Source: an uncultured Pseudomonadota bacterium
GTDB lineage: Bacteria; Pseudomonadota; Alphaproteobacteria; RF32; CAG-239
Direction: 5' to 3'
Assembly: GCA_949292335.1 (NCBI GenBank)
Contig: CASEYY010000016.1
Location: 16,922 to 80,921 of the forward strand
Length of the DNA: 64,000 bases
The notes beneath the pieces were generated by a model. That model was not told the origin of the DNA, searched no databases, and saw only the letters and a program-made list of their open reading frames with translations. Positions within the stretch are counted from its first letter, which is position 1, and every line of letters begins with the position of its first letter. Shown piece by piece: positions 27,928 through 37,520 of this stretch. The position numbers and the translations under genes are program-made.

Positions 27928-28281
27928 TCACTCATCATCTATGTCATTTAAGATGATAGGGCTGTTGAAAACACTTCCCGAGCGGATGGTGTTGTGGCGT
28001 CCGATATGGGACAGTGCTTCAATCGAGCAATCGTTACCAATAATGCTTTCGGCACTAATCACGGTATTGTCTCCGATTTTAGTGTAATGTCCGATAATTA
28101 CTCCGGAGCAGATTTTACAATTTTTACCGATGGAACCATTGTTTCCGATAATTACATTGGTAAAAATTACACTCCCTTTACCAATCTTGGTGTTTTTGCC
28201 GATGCTGGTTTTTGACATGTCATAAAACTCAACTCCTGTAAAACAGGTTTCGGCACTCGATGTTTTTGTCTTTTTTGCCAT
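27928..28281 (-). CDS. Short hexapeptide-repeat (left-handed beta-helix) protein
   Basis: About 13 consecutive [LIV]-G-x4 hexapeptides (IGKNTK IGKGSV ... IGRHNT) in 117 aa. No extra catalytic domain. Confidence 0.6.
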   Translation of the reverse strand: MAKKTKTSSAETCFTGVEFYDMSKTSIGKNTKIGKGSVIFTNVIIGNNGSIGKNCKICSGVIIGHYTKIGDNTVISAESIIGNDCSIEALSHIGRHNTIRSGSVFNSPIILNDIDDE

Positions 28282-28453
28282 AATAAAATAATTTTAAAGT
28301 TATACAATAGGTAGTTTGGTGTTAACTTATTATGTCGATTTTGTCAAGCGTAAGTTAAAAAGTAGTGACGACAGTGTTTTTTTTACTTGAGAATTATATC
28401 AAATGTTGTAAATTACAAAGGTTAAAAACAACAATAAAAACAGGAGTATTAAA

Positions 28454-30142
28454 ATGTCTAAAATCTTGGTTACATCAGCTTTACCGTATATAAACGGCGT
28501 TCCTCATTTGGGTCATATGGTCGGTTGCCTTTTGCCCTCAGATACTTATGCTCGTTTTATGCGAATGATGGGAAACGAGGTTTTGTACATTTGCGGTACC
28601 GATGAACACGGTACAACATCGGAAGTAGGGGCTTTGAAAGCCGGTATGGATGTGCAGGCTTATTGCGATATGAATCATAATCGCCATGCTCAAACTTATA
28701 AAGATTTTAATCTTTCTTTTGACTTTTTCGGTCGTACTTCAACCGAAGAAAACAAAGAAATGACCTACCATATTTTTGAACAACTTGATAAAAACGGTTT
28801 TATCGCCGAAAAAACGGTTAAACAAGTGTACTCGGTTGATGATAAAATGTTTTTGGCCGACAGATATATCGTCGGTACTTGCCCTTATTGCGGTTATGAC
28901 AAAGCTCGCGGCGATCAATGCGAAAATTGCACCAAAGTTTTGGAGCCGACCGAATTGATTGATGCCAGAAGTGCGGTTTCGGGATCTAAAAACTTGGAGG
29001 TTAGAGAAACCAAACATCTGTTCCTTAATTTGCCTAAAATTGAGGATAAGCTCGAAGCTTGGCTCAAAACCAAAGAACCGTTCTGGCCCGATGTCGCTTA
29101 TACAATAGCTAAAAAATGGCTTAAGGAAGGCTTGCAGGAAAGATGTATTACCCGCGATCTGAAATGGGGATTCCCGGTTAATAAAAAAGGTTATGAAGAT
29201 AAAGTGTTTTATGTTTGGTTCGATGCTCCAATCGGATATATCGGTATTACCAAACAGTGGGAAGAAGAAAAACCTCAAGAAAGAAACTGGAAGGATTGGT
29301 GGCTTAATCCGCAAAATGTCAGACATGTCGAGTTTATGGGAAAAGATAATGTGCCTTATCACTCAATTACTTTTCCGGCAACTTTGCTCGGCACCGGTGA
29401 GAATTGGACGCAGGTCGATTTCTTGAAAGGTATGAGCTATCTTACTTATGAAGGAGGAAAGTTCTCGAAGTCGGAAAAACGCGGGATATTCGCCGAAGAT
29501 GCCGTCAAAGAATTTCCGGCTGATTACTGGAGATATTGGTTGATGTCTAATGCTCCGGAATCTTCGGATTCGTCATTTTCGTGGGATTTGTTTGCCGGTG
29601 CAGTCAATAAGGACTTAAACGGGGTGCTGGGAAACTTCGTTTCCAGAGTGCTTAAAATGACAGCTTCCAAACTCGGAGATAAAGTCCCCGAGGGCGGAGA
29701 AAATTCAAAAGCCGAAAATGAACTGATTGATGTATTACAAAAAAGAGTAAATGATTATATCAAATATATGGAAGAAATGGAGTTTCGTAAGGCATTGGGT
29801 GAACTCCGAGCTATTTGGGTGGAAGGAAACAATTATATATCCGCCGAAGAGCCTTGGGCCGTCATCAAAACCGATGAACAAAGAGCAAAAGTCATATTAA
29901 GAAATTGCATAAACTTAATTCGTGTTTATGCCTTACTTTCGGCTCCGATTATGCCTGAAACTTCACAGAAAATATTAGATAAACTTTATACCCAACCGAC
30001 TCTCATCAAAGATTTTGATGTTAAAAAAGAAATGAATTTCTTTAAAGGCGGTGAGAGTTTTGAAGTCGGAGATATGCTGTTTGAAAGAATTACTCCGGAA
30101 AGAGTGGAGGAGCTTAAAACCAAATATGCGGGAGCTAAATAA
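28454..30142 (+). CDS. metG: Methionyl-tRNA synthetase (short form, no C-terminal dimerisation domain)
   Basis: PYINGVPHLGH (HIGH), the CPYCGYDKARGDQCENC zinc knuckle and KFSKS (KMSKS). Confidence 0.95.
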   Translation: MSKILVTSALPYINGVPHLGHMVGCLLPSDTYARFMRMMGNEVLYICGTDEHGTTSEVGALKAGMDVQAYCDMNHNRHAQTYKDFNLSFDFFGRTSTEENKEMTYHIFEQLDKNGFIAEKTVKQVYSVDDKMFLADRYIVGTCPYCGYDKARGDQCENCTKVLEPTELIDARSAVSGSKNLEVRETKHLFLNLPKIEDKLEAWLKTKEPFWPDVAYTIAKKWLKEGLQERCITRDLKWGFPVNKKGYEDKVFYVWFDAPIGYIGITKQWEEEKPQERNWKDWWLNPQNVRHVEFMGKDNVPYHSITFPATLLGTGENWTQVDFLKGMSYLTYEGGKFSKSEKRGIFAEDAVKEFPADYWRYWLMSNAPESSDSSFSWDLFAGAVNKDLNGVLGNFVSRVLKMTASKLGDKVPEGGENSKAENELIDVLQKRVNDYIKYMEEMEFRKALGELRAIWVEGNNYISAEEPWAVIKTDEQRAKVILRNCINLIRVYALLSAPIMPETSQKILDKLYTQPTLIKDFDVKKEMNFFKGGESFEVGDMLFERITPERVEELKTKYAGAK

Positions 30143-30948
30143 TGCTTGCTCACAAAAGAAAAAAAGAAAATGATGTTATCGGGCCAAGTACAGGATGGAT
30201 GAAGTGGATTAACAGGTTTTTTAGATTCATCTTATATCCCTTTATCCATCCGAAAACTTTTGTGCTTTTGCTGATATTGCTTGCGGCGGGGTTGCTGGCT
30301 TGGCCAATGTCACAAGGAATAAAGCATGAAAATCTAAAAGACTGGTATACGGAAAAAGCCGCTACATATTACGGCAAAGCAAAATTGCATATTGCAGACA
30401 GTTATTTGGGTGAGCTTTGGAACAAATTTAATATCGGTGCGACGCCGCCCAAAGCCGTCGTCACGGAACAGCCACAAGTGATTAAAACGCTCGAAGATAA
30501 GCCGACTTACTCCCCATCTCCTCGCAATTTGAAACGTCAAACATTTCAAAAAGTCGAAAAAAAATTACCTGAAACCGTTGCTCAATCAGATGACAAAATA
30601 AATCCTGATAATGAAGAGCCTTATTTCAAAAGAAACAACTCTTTGGAATTAAATTATTTGGAAAAGCCCAGAAAAATCAGCGGCGTGTTAGAAATCCTAA
30701 ATGCTAATGAAGTCATGCTCGGTGCAAGAAAACTTTTCTTATATGGAATATATGTTCCGCCTTCATCCGATAACGGCCTTAATGCCGAAATATTTTTAAG
30801 AAAAAATTATGCCGGTAAAAATGTCGATTGTTATATCGGAGCTTACGCAAAGTCAGGTGAGGGAACGGCAATCTGTATTTTCGGGGAGGAGAATATTAAC
30901 AGAAAATTGGTCGATGTCGGACTTTCGCAAAATGTGAGTCTGTTCTAA
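30142..30948 (+). CDS. Hypothetical membrane-anchored protein with possible C-terminal SNase/OB-like domain
   Basis: One TM (FVLLLILLAAGLLAW). The C-terminal ~90 aa (VLEILNANEVMLGARKLFLYGIYVP...INRKLVDVGL) is reminiscent of thermonuclease-fold proteins. TAATG coupling to metG. Confidence 0.45.
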   Translation: MLAHKRKKENDVIGPSTGWMKWINRFFRFILYPFIHPKTFVLLLILLAAGLLAWPMSQGIKHENLKDWYTEKAATYYGKAKLHIADSYLGELWNKFNIGATPPKAVVTEQPQVIKTLEDKPTYSPSPRNLKRQTFQKVEKKLPETVAQSDDKINPDNEEPYFKRNNSLELNYLEKPRKISGVLEILNANEVMLGARKLFLYGIYVPPSSDNGLNAEIFLRKNYAGKNVDCYIGAYAKSGEGTAICIFGEENINRKLVDVGLSQNVSLF

Positions 30949-30956
30949 AGGAGATA

Positions 30957-32396
30957 GTGCCTATGTGGCAACCGGTATGGATGATTTGCGGATATTTTGT
31001 CAGCTTGTTGGGAATCGCAATGCTGTTTCCGGCAGCGGTCGATATATATTATAATCATGCCAAATGGTCGATTTTTATAAGCTCGGCAATAGTTTCTTTA
31101 TTTATCGGGGTATCCTTATTTTTGGCAAATCGCGGAAAAATCAAAGATATCTCTATTCAACAGGCTTATTTAATAACCGTTATAAGTTGGGTCGCCGTGG
31201 CGGGGCTTGCGGCATTACCGTTTATGCTTTACGGGACATATTGGACTGATGCTTTGTTTGAGGCAGCTTCTGGAATTTCTACAACCGGAGCTTCTATATA
31301 TGCCGATGTCGAAAGTTTACCGAAATCAATTTTATTATGGCGGGCGTTGCTTAACGCTATGGGGGGCGTAGGAATAGTTATATTTGCAATCGCCATGCTT
31401 CCTTTTTTAGGTATCGGGGGTATGCAAATATTCCAACGCGAAAATTCCGATGTAAATGAAAAATTTATGCCGAAAATAAGCTATATTGCCAAACGAATTA
31501 TTTCGGTATATTTGTTGTTGATGATAGCTTGTATTTTGGCTCTTAAAATGGCAGGAATGGGCTGGTTTGATGCTGTTTGCCATTCTTTGTCAACCATATC
31601 GACCGGTGGACTGTCAACTAAAAACACCTCTATCGGATTTTTTAAGAGTGCTGATATTGAATGGATTATAACACTATTTATGTTTTTGGGAGCTTTGCCT
31701 TTGACTTGGTATCACAGCTTGATGTTTACCAAAAGTATTCATTCGTTGCGGTCATCTCAGGTGGTGGTGTTTGTTAAAATTTTGGCTTTTTATATAACAG
31801 TAATGACTGTTTGGTTGATATGGAATGATGTATATGTTTTTGGTGATGCCGTAAGATATGCTACATTTAATGTTGTATCAATCGTTACTTCTACTGGATT
31901 TAGTTCTACGGATTGGCTAAATTGGGGAGCATTTGCAGCAACGGCGTTTGTAATATTTGCTTTGACCGGAGGTTGTGCCGGTTCAACATCAGGTGGTATA
32001 AAGATGTTTCGTTGGCAGGTAGTGGCTGCTCAACTTAAAAAAGTTTTTGTTACTACAACTGAACCAAATCGTTTGATGCCGCTAAAAATAGGTAATGTCG
32101 TAATTAGTTCGGATGTTGCTAGTTCGGTGTTTGTGTTTTGTGCAGCTTATACTTTTTCGATTACCATAATCAGCTCATTAATTGCTCTAACAGGTGTTGA
32201 TTTCACGACGGCGTTTAGTGCTACAATAGCTTGTATTACCAATTCCGGTCCGGGAGTTTCTCAAAATATCGGACCGGCAGGAAATTATGGCGGGCTAAGT
32301 GATTCTGTAAAAGTATTGCTCGCTTTTACTATGGTATTGGGAAGATTGGAAGTCTTGACAATTTGGGTATTGTTTACTAAGAATTTCTGGCGTTAA
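30957..32396 (+). CDS. trkH: Trk-type potassium uptake membrane subunit TrkH
   Basis: 479 aa, polytopic, with repeated selectivity-filter-like TTGAS, STGGLST, STGFSS and NSGPG motifs. The start (30957 or the ATG at 30963) is uncertain. Confidence 0.85.
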   Translation: MPMWQPVWMICGYFVSLLGIAMLFPAAVDIYYNHAKWSIFISSAIVSLFIGVSLFLANRGKIKDISIQQAYLITVISWVAVAGLAALPFMLYGTYWTDALFEAASGISTTGASIYADVESLPKSILLWRALLNAMGGVGIVIFAIAMLPFLGIGGMQIFQRENSDVNEKFMPKISYIAKRIISVYLLLMIACILALKMAGMGWFDAVCHSLSTISTGGLSTKNTSIGFFKSADIEWIITLFMFLGALPLTWYHSLMFTKSIHSLRSSQVVVFVKILAFYITVMTVWLIWNDVYVFGDAVRYATFNVVSIVTSTGFSSTDWLNWGAFAATAFVIFALTGGCAGSTSGGIKMFRWQVVAAQLKKVFVTTTEPNRLMPLKIGNVVISSDVASSVFVFCAAYTFSITIISSLIALTGVDFTTAFSATIACITNSGPGVSQNIGPAGNYGGLSDSVKVLLAFTMVLGRLEVLTIWVLFTKNFWR

Positions 32397-32413
32397 TTTT
32401 TTATTTTGTAGCT

Positions 32414-33079
32414 CTACTCATTAATCGTATCAGGTAGCTCGACGGTTGCTTCCGTAATTGCTTGTATTTGTATGGAATCCGGAGCCAGCGGCAATTCATC
32501 TTCGGCAATGAAATCATCTTCCTCATAATCAACTGCTGCTGTTTCAACCGGTACTTCCGCAGGGTTTTCCGGCAGTGATGCTACCGTATCTTCAGCCTGA
32601 AGAGTTTGCATCTTTAAGACTTCTTTGCGGGGTTTCATCGGTATGGTGTCGCGTAAGGCCAGTTGTTCATCCGATAATATTTGACCGCGGTTTTGTGTGG
32701 TATTATAGCATTTGAGCAACCAAACATCATAAATCGGATGCTCAACCGCATTTAAGGCTGGCGTAGAGGAAAACATCCATCCCTTAAATATATTAACCGG
32801 ATTATCGGTTTTATAATTATCGACGACATCAACAAATGCCGTGTTTTCCGGAGTTTCTTCGGGAGATTTGGTAACACATTTGCGTACCAAAATTGAAAAA
32901 CTGCCAAAATTGGTAATGCCATTGACCGGAACATCAATTTCGCTTACGCGGCCGGTTATTTTATCCATGGCTTGCATGCGAGCCGTATTGGCCGATATAT
33001 CTTCGGCATATGATAAGTTGCTTATTGAAGATATTATGAGTGAAGAATAAATAAAATATTTTAGTCTACTGTTCATCAC
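32414..33079 (-). CDS. DUF2155-family periplasmic protein with acidic C-terminal tail
   Basis: Signal peptide, then AMDKITGRVSEIDVPVNGITNFGSFSILVRKC ... FKGWMFSSTPALNAVEHPIYDVWLLKC, which matches my memory of alphaproteobacterial DUF2155. Confidence 0.6.
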   Translation of the reverse strand: MMNSRLKYFIYSSLIISSISNLSYAEDISANTARMQAMDKITGRVSEIDVPVNGITNFGSFSILVRKCVTKSPEETPENTAFVDVVDNYKTDNPVNIFKGWMFSSTPALNAVEHPIYDVWLLKCYNTTQNRGQILSDEQLALRDTIPMKPRKEVLKMQTLQAEDTVASLPENPAEVPVETAAVDYEEDDFIAEDELPLAPDSIQIQAITEATVELPDTINE

Positions 33080-33539
33080 CGGTGACCATGAATATTACTT
33101 CACCGACCAAATCTTCTATGGTTTTGAAGTCTTTGGTGTTTGCCATAGAATCACCGTCTTGCAACAGAGTGGTTTCATGACCGGGGTCTATCTTTATGAA
33201 TTTGTTGCCTATTAATCCGTCGGCTACAATCGAAGCAACACTGTCTGTCGGGAGTTTTATTTCCGGAGATATGCTCATAACAACATTTGCGGTATAATCG
33301 GTGTCATCGAGTTTTTGGCTTACCACCGTACCGATTTTGATACCGTTGATGCGAACATCCGAACCGACATTCAATCCTCCGACTTTTAGAAATTTGGCAG
33401 TTATGTTATAGCCTTTGACAACTTGTAAATCCGATACATTATAGGCAAAATAACAAAATAAAGCCGCTACGGTCAAAACAAGTATACCCATAATTGTTTC
33501 AACAGGTCTTTTATACATAAAAAAGTCAGTCTTTGCCAT
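33066..33539 (-). CDS. mlaD: MlaD-like MCE-domain protein (paralogue 2)
   Basis: N-terminal TM plus an MCE fold block (GLNVGSDVRINGIKIGTV ... ADGLIGNKFIKIDPG). Confidence 0.75.
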   Translation of the reverse strand: MAKTDFFMYKRPVETIMGILVLTVAALFCYFAYNVSDLQVVKGYNITAKFLKVGGLNVGSDVRINGIKIGTVVSQKLDDTDYTANVVMSISPEIKLPTDSVASIVADGLIGNKFIKIDPGHETTLLQDGDSMANTKDFKTIEDLVGEVIFMVTGDEQ

Positions 33540-34077
33540 TGTTTAGTGTCTCCTTTTTACTTTGTCTTTTGGCTTTTCCTATACCGATAATCCGCTCTAT
33601 TAATTCCTCAATAATCATTGCATCTTGCGTGTATGAAAATTCTCCGCCGGGAGCAATCATATCTTCGGAACCGCCAGGTTCAATCTCTATATATTTGGCT
33701 CCCATCACGGCCGAACTGACAATAGCCGCAGAGCTGTCGTCGGGAAGTTGTATTTTATCGTTTATTTCAAGGGTCATTATAGCCTTAAAGTCGCCATCGA
33801 GTCTGGCCCCCACGACTCTGCCGATATCCATGCCGGCTAATCTCACGGCATCACCGACCATAAGACCGTCGGTACGATTGAATCTGGCATAAATCTGATA
33901 GTAACTGCCGCCGCCTTTGTGTGTAATCTCGTCACGCGAAAATAAAACGGCAAAAAATGCCACTAAAATTACCAAAAGTACGGAAAAACCGACTTTTAAG
34001 TTCTTGGCTTCTTCTTTGTTGTAGAGCTCTAGTACCTTCATCTTATTAATATTCCGTATTAATACAAATCTCGTCAA
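33526..34077 (-). CDS. mlaD: MlaD-like MCE-domain protein (paralogue 1)
   Basis: N-terminal TM plus GLMVGDAVRLAGMDIGRV ... SSAVMGAKYIEIEPG. It overlaps paralogue 2 by 14 nt. Confidence 0.75.
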   Translation of the reverse strand: MTRFVLIRNINKMKVLELYNKEEAKNLKVGFSVLLVILVAFFAVLFSRDEITHKGGGSYYQIYARFNRTDGLMVGDAVRLAGMDIGRVVGARLDGDFKAIMTLEINDKIQLPDDSSAAIVSSAVMGAKYIEIEPGGSEDMIAPGGEFSYTQDAMIIEELIERIIGIGKAKRQSKKETLNNGKD

Positions 34078-34192
34078 CTCTTATACAGTATTTTATTTAC
34101 TTTGTCATCAAAGATTTTGAAAAATGAAAATAATTGTTAAAATTTAAAATTTATCTGTTATGATTATGTGGGTTTTATAAGGAATTGCTGAA

Positions 34193-34903
34193 ATGTTAAA
34201 AGTGCGTGGTTTATATAAATCACTGGAAAACAATAAAATATTGCATGATATAACTTTTAGTCTGCAAAAAAATCAAATCACGGCCTTGCTTGGGGTTAAC
34301 GGTGCCGGAAAAACAACTTTGATGCGTTGTATAGCGGGTGTATACGAGCCAGATGCCGGTAGTGTATGTTTTGCCGGTACTTCTATCAAAAAAGACCGAA
34401 AAAAATATCTGCAAAATATTGCCTATGTGCCGGAGTGGGGTGGGTTATATCCGGATATGACCGTATTTGAATATTTAATATTTATTGCCAAACTTAACGG
34501 CGGTTGCGATAAAAAATTATTGGCTGAAACAATATCTGCTTTGGAATTGGAATCGGTTATTGATAAAAAATGTGCGGCACTTTCAAAAGGATATAAAAAA
34601 AGAACCGCTTTGGCGGCGGCTTTGCTTAAAAAACCAAAGCTCCTAATCTTGGACGAGCCTACCGAGGGTTTGGATCCTAAACAGAAAATCGTTTTGCGGA
34701 AATTGCTTAAAAAATATGCCGAAAATAACGCGATTCTGATATCGACTCATATAATGGAAGAAGTGTCAGCTTTGGCTTCACATATCCTGATAATAAATAA
34801 AGGACAAATTATTTGCGATGCTCCGTTGTCAGATGTCGAAAAGACCATTCCCGACGGAAATTTCGAGTTGTTGTTTTATAATCTTGACGGAGATAAACAT
34901 TGA
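34193..34903 (+). CDS. ABC transporter ATP-binding protein (ABC-2/GldA-like)
   Basis: GVNGAGKTT Walker A, LSKGYKKR signature-like motif, LLILDEPTEGLD Walker B. Confidence 0.85.
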   Translation: MLKVRGLYKSLENNKILHDITFSLQKNQITALLGVNGAGKTTLMRCIAGVYEPDAGSVCFAGTSIKKDRKKYLQNIAYVPEWGGLYPDMTVFEYLIFIAKLNGGCDKKLLAETISALELESVIDKKCAALSKGYKKRTALAAALLKKPKLLILDEPTEGLDPKQKIVLRKLLKKYAENNAILISTHIMEEVSALASHILIINKGQIICDAPLSDVEKTIPDGNFELLFYNLDGDKH

Positions 34904-35646
34904 GAGATTTTGTCGATAACTTAACAGTCTTTTTTTGCAAAGAATTTAAATCATTTTTTCAAAATAAAATGATTTATGTGTTGTTGCCGATATATCTGAT
35001 TATAAGTTTTGCTTTTACATTGTATTTTTCTACTTTTATGACGGTGGCAAATCCCGCTATGCAACAATTCTTTTTGCTGCAACCGAAAATTTTTCTGATT
35101 ATTGTACCGGCTCTGACTATGAGATTGTGGGTGGAAGAATATAAAAATAACACCTGGGAAATTTTATTGTCTCAGCCGATATCCTTAACTGCGGCTGTAA
35201 TCGGAAAATTTTTGGCCGTTTGGGCCATTACCGGTGTTATGTTATTGTCATCTTGCGGATTGTGGATAATTTCGGCTGGCTTTATCGGATGTGATAATAT
35301 CTTTGTGCTTGCGAATTATTTGATGACCTTTCTTATAATCGGAATTATGTGTGCGGTAAGTGCTTGGGCTGCTGCTTTGTGTTTTAACTATGTAGGAGCT
35401 TTTTTGTTGTCTTGGGCTTTTTTGGCCATATTGTTTGCCGTTAATTTCGATAATTACATTAATGATGTTTTGATGGTATTTGTTGATAACTTTAATGCAA
35501 AAACTTTTTCCGATTTTGCCGAAATATCGACAAGTTTGGTCAGCGGAGAGATAAAGGCTGCTTTCGTCTTTTATGCCTGTGCCGTTATGGCGGCGGCATT
35601 ATGGGCAAATGTTGAAGCCGTCGAATATAAAAGGAGCGAAAAATAA
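34900..35646 (+). CDS. ABC-2-type permease (GldF-like)
   Basis: 248 aa, six hydrophobic segments. TTG start overlapping the ATPase stop. Confidence 0.7.
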   Translation: MRDFVDNLTVFFCKEFKSFFQNKMIYVLLPIYLIISFAFTLYFSTFMTVANPAMQQFFLLQPKIFLIIVPALTMRLWVEEYKNNTWEILLSQPISLTAAVIGKFLAVWAITGVMLLSSCGLWIISAGFIGCDNIFVLANYLMTFLIIGIMCAVSAWAAALCFNYVGAFLLSWAFLAILFAVNFDNYINDVLMVFVDNFNAKTFSDFAEISTSLVSGEIKAAFVFYACAVMAAALWANVEAVEYKRSEK

Positions 35647-37520
35647 TGCTCAAATGGTCAGAAAAATTAATTATGCTCATGTTTATAATCGGGATTGTTA
35701 TCGTTTCGGTTACCGCAGGTGTAATCGGAAATTTGCTGTTTGACGCGAAAGGTATTGATGTTACTGCAGATAGGGTTTATTCTCTTTCTGAACAAACAAA
35801 AGAATTTCTGGATAAAAATACTCAAAATTTGTTTATAAGAATTTACGCCGCAGAAGATTTGGCGGTCAAAGATGTAAGATGGAAAATTTATCTGGCCAGG
35901 ATTATTAAATTGGCAGAGGACTATGAAAAAGAAGGACACGGCAAAGTTAAATTTTCTTTCGTTAAGATAAAGCCGTTTGCAGATACTCAGGCCGAGGCCG
36001 AAAAAGCAGGAATTAAAGAATTCTTGTATCCTAACGGAGAAAAGTATGCCTATTTCGGAATGGTGTTGGCTAATGAAAACGGAAAGTTGATTACAATCCC
36101 AAAGTTTAGGTTTGATGACTTCAATTATATTGAAAATTTAATTACCAGAAATTTATCGCAACTAACCGTAAACAATAATAAAAATATTGCCGTTATCTCT
36201 CCTTTTTTTGATGCGGTTACCAAATACACTTATTTCGGAATGTCCGGTGAGTGGCCTTTTGCCGACAGGCTCAGAAAAAGCGGATATAACCTGATTGCAC
36301 TTGATAATATATCAGGCGGAATAAATCCTAATTTTGATGCCGTAATCGTTTTTTATCCGTTATCATTGGATAGTTTGACTGTCTATGCTCTGGATCAATA
36401 TCTGATGCGTGGCGGAAAAATCATAGTACTTCTGGACGCTTTTTCCGAAAACAGATTTGCCGATGAAGATGAATTTGAATATATAAGTTATGTGAGCGGA
36501 ATGGATAAATTTTTAGAAAATTCGGGCATAAGGTATTCTTCAAATTTAGTGGTCGGGGATAATGAAAATAATCGAGATGCCGTACTTGACGGCAGAAAAA
36601 TTAAATATCCGCTGCGGGTCGTCGTGACGAAAGAAAATCTTACTTCTCATAAAATTACCGAAAATATTAAATCTCTGCGGCTTAATCACAGTGGTTTCTT
36701 TAAGTATGAGTCAAAGCCGGATCTGGATACAAAAGTACTGTTTACAACCTCTGAAAACAGCGGGGTTTTGCCGGCGGAAAAAATCAGCTCCATTGATTAT
36801 AACACATTGTTTGAACATTACAAACAAACTCAACAAAAATATCCGTTAGCCGTGTTGGTAGAAGGTAAATTTTCGTCAATGTTTGATGCCCCGATCATTG
36901 ATACTCCGGAAATAATTGCAAAAAATTTACCGTTTCTGAGCGTGCCGTTGAAAGAAGGAAAATTGTTGGTAGTTGCCGACAGTGATATGCTGGGTGAAAG
37001 TCTATGGAATGCAAATCATGCAAAAAATCATGATATATACGGAGATGTATTTGTCTCCGATAATTTGCAGCTTTTATTAAATGCTCTTGATTATATGACT
37101 TCGGCTGATTATGTGTCGGTACCGCTTAAACAAGCAGCCGGATATCAGGAAAATTGGCAAAATTTATTGCAGGAAAAAGCCGAGAAAAAATTTGCCGAGG
37201 CAAAAAATAATTACGGAAAAAAATTATTGTCGGCACAACGCAAATTATCAGCGTTAAACAATGAAATGAAATTTGCCGAATTAAGCTCGGTGAAAAGAAT
37301 TAAAGAAATCGAGCAACTGCAACGAGATATTGAACGATATAAAAATAATCTGGAAAAAATCAATTATGATATTGAAAAGGAATATAACAGATTATTTCTT
37401 CTCTTTGCCGTTGCGTTGATAGCGGTGACACCGGTTTTAATAACTCTGCTGTTGGCCGGAATGTTCGGATTGTATAATAAAAAATTACTTAAAAAAGCTA
37501 GGGAGTACGGTAATGAATAA
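35646..37520 (+). CDS. GldG-like ABC-transporter auxiliary protein
   Basis: 624 aa with N- and C-terminal TM anchors and a large periplasmic domain, placed after the ATPase and permease. This matches the GldG family architecture. TAATG coupling. Confidence 0.65.
   Translation: MLKWSEKLIMLMFIIGIVIVSVTAGVIGNLLFDAKGIDVTADRVYSLSEQTKEFLDKNTQNLFIRIYAAEDLAVKDVRWKIYLARIIKLAEDYEKEGHGKVKFSFVKIKPFADTQAEAEKAGIKEFLYPNGEKYAYFGMVLANENGKLITIPKFRFDDFNYIENLITRNLSQLTVNNNKNIAVISPFFDAVTKYTYFGMSGEWPFADRLRKSGYNLIALDNISGGINPNFDAVIVFYPLSLDSLTVYALDQYLMRGGKIIVLLDAFSENRFADEDEFEYISYVSGMDKFLENSGIRYSSNLVVGDNENNRDAVLDGRKIKYPLRVVVTKENLTSHKITENIKSLRLNHSGFFKYESKPDLDTKVLFTTSENSGVLPAEKISSIDYNTLFEHYKQTQQKYPLAVLVEGKFSSMFDAPIIDTPEIIAKNLPFLSVPLKEGKLLVVADSDMLGESLWNANHAKNHDIYGDVFVSDNLQLLLNALDYMTSADYVSVPLKQAAGYQENWQNLLQEKAEKKFAEAKNNYGKKLLSAQRKLSALNNEMKFAELSSVKRIKEIEQLQRDIERYKNNLEKINYDIEKEYNRLFLLFAVALIAVTPVLITLLLAGMFGLYNKKLLKKAREYGNE

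Noticed and set aside
27928-28281. Bactofilin assignment for the 117-aa repeat protein
   Set aside because: The repeat unit is a strict [LIV]-G-x4 hexapeptide, as in a left-handed beta-helix or acyltransferase-like fold. It is not the ~18-residue bactofilin (DUF583) winding pattern, so it is called only a hexapeptide-repeat protein.
28739-29362. 207-aa minus-strand ORF
   Set aside because: It is antisense to metG, with no independent signals.
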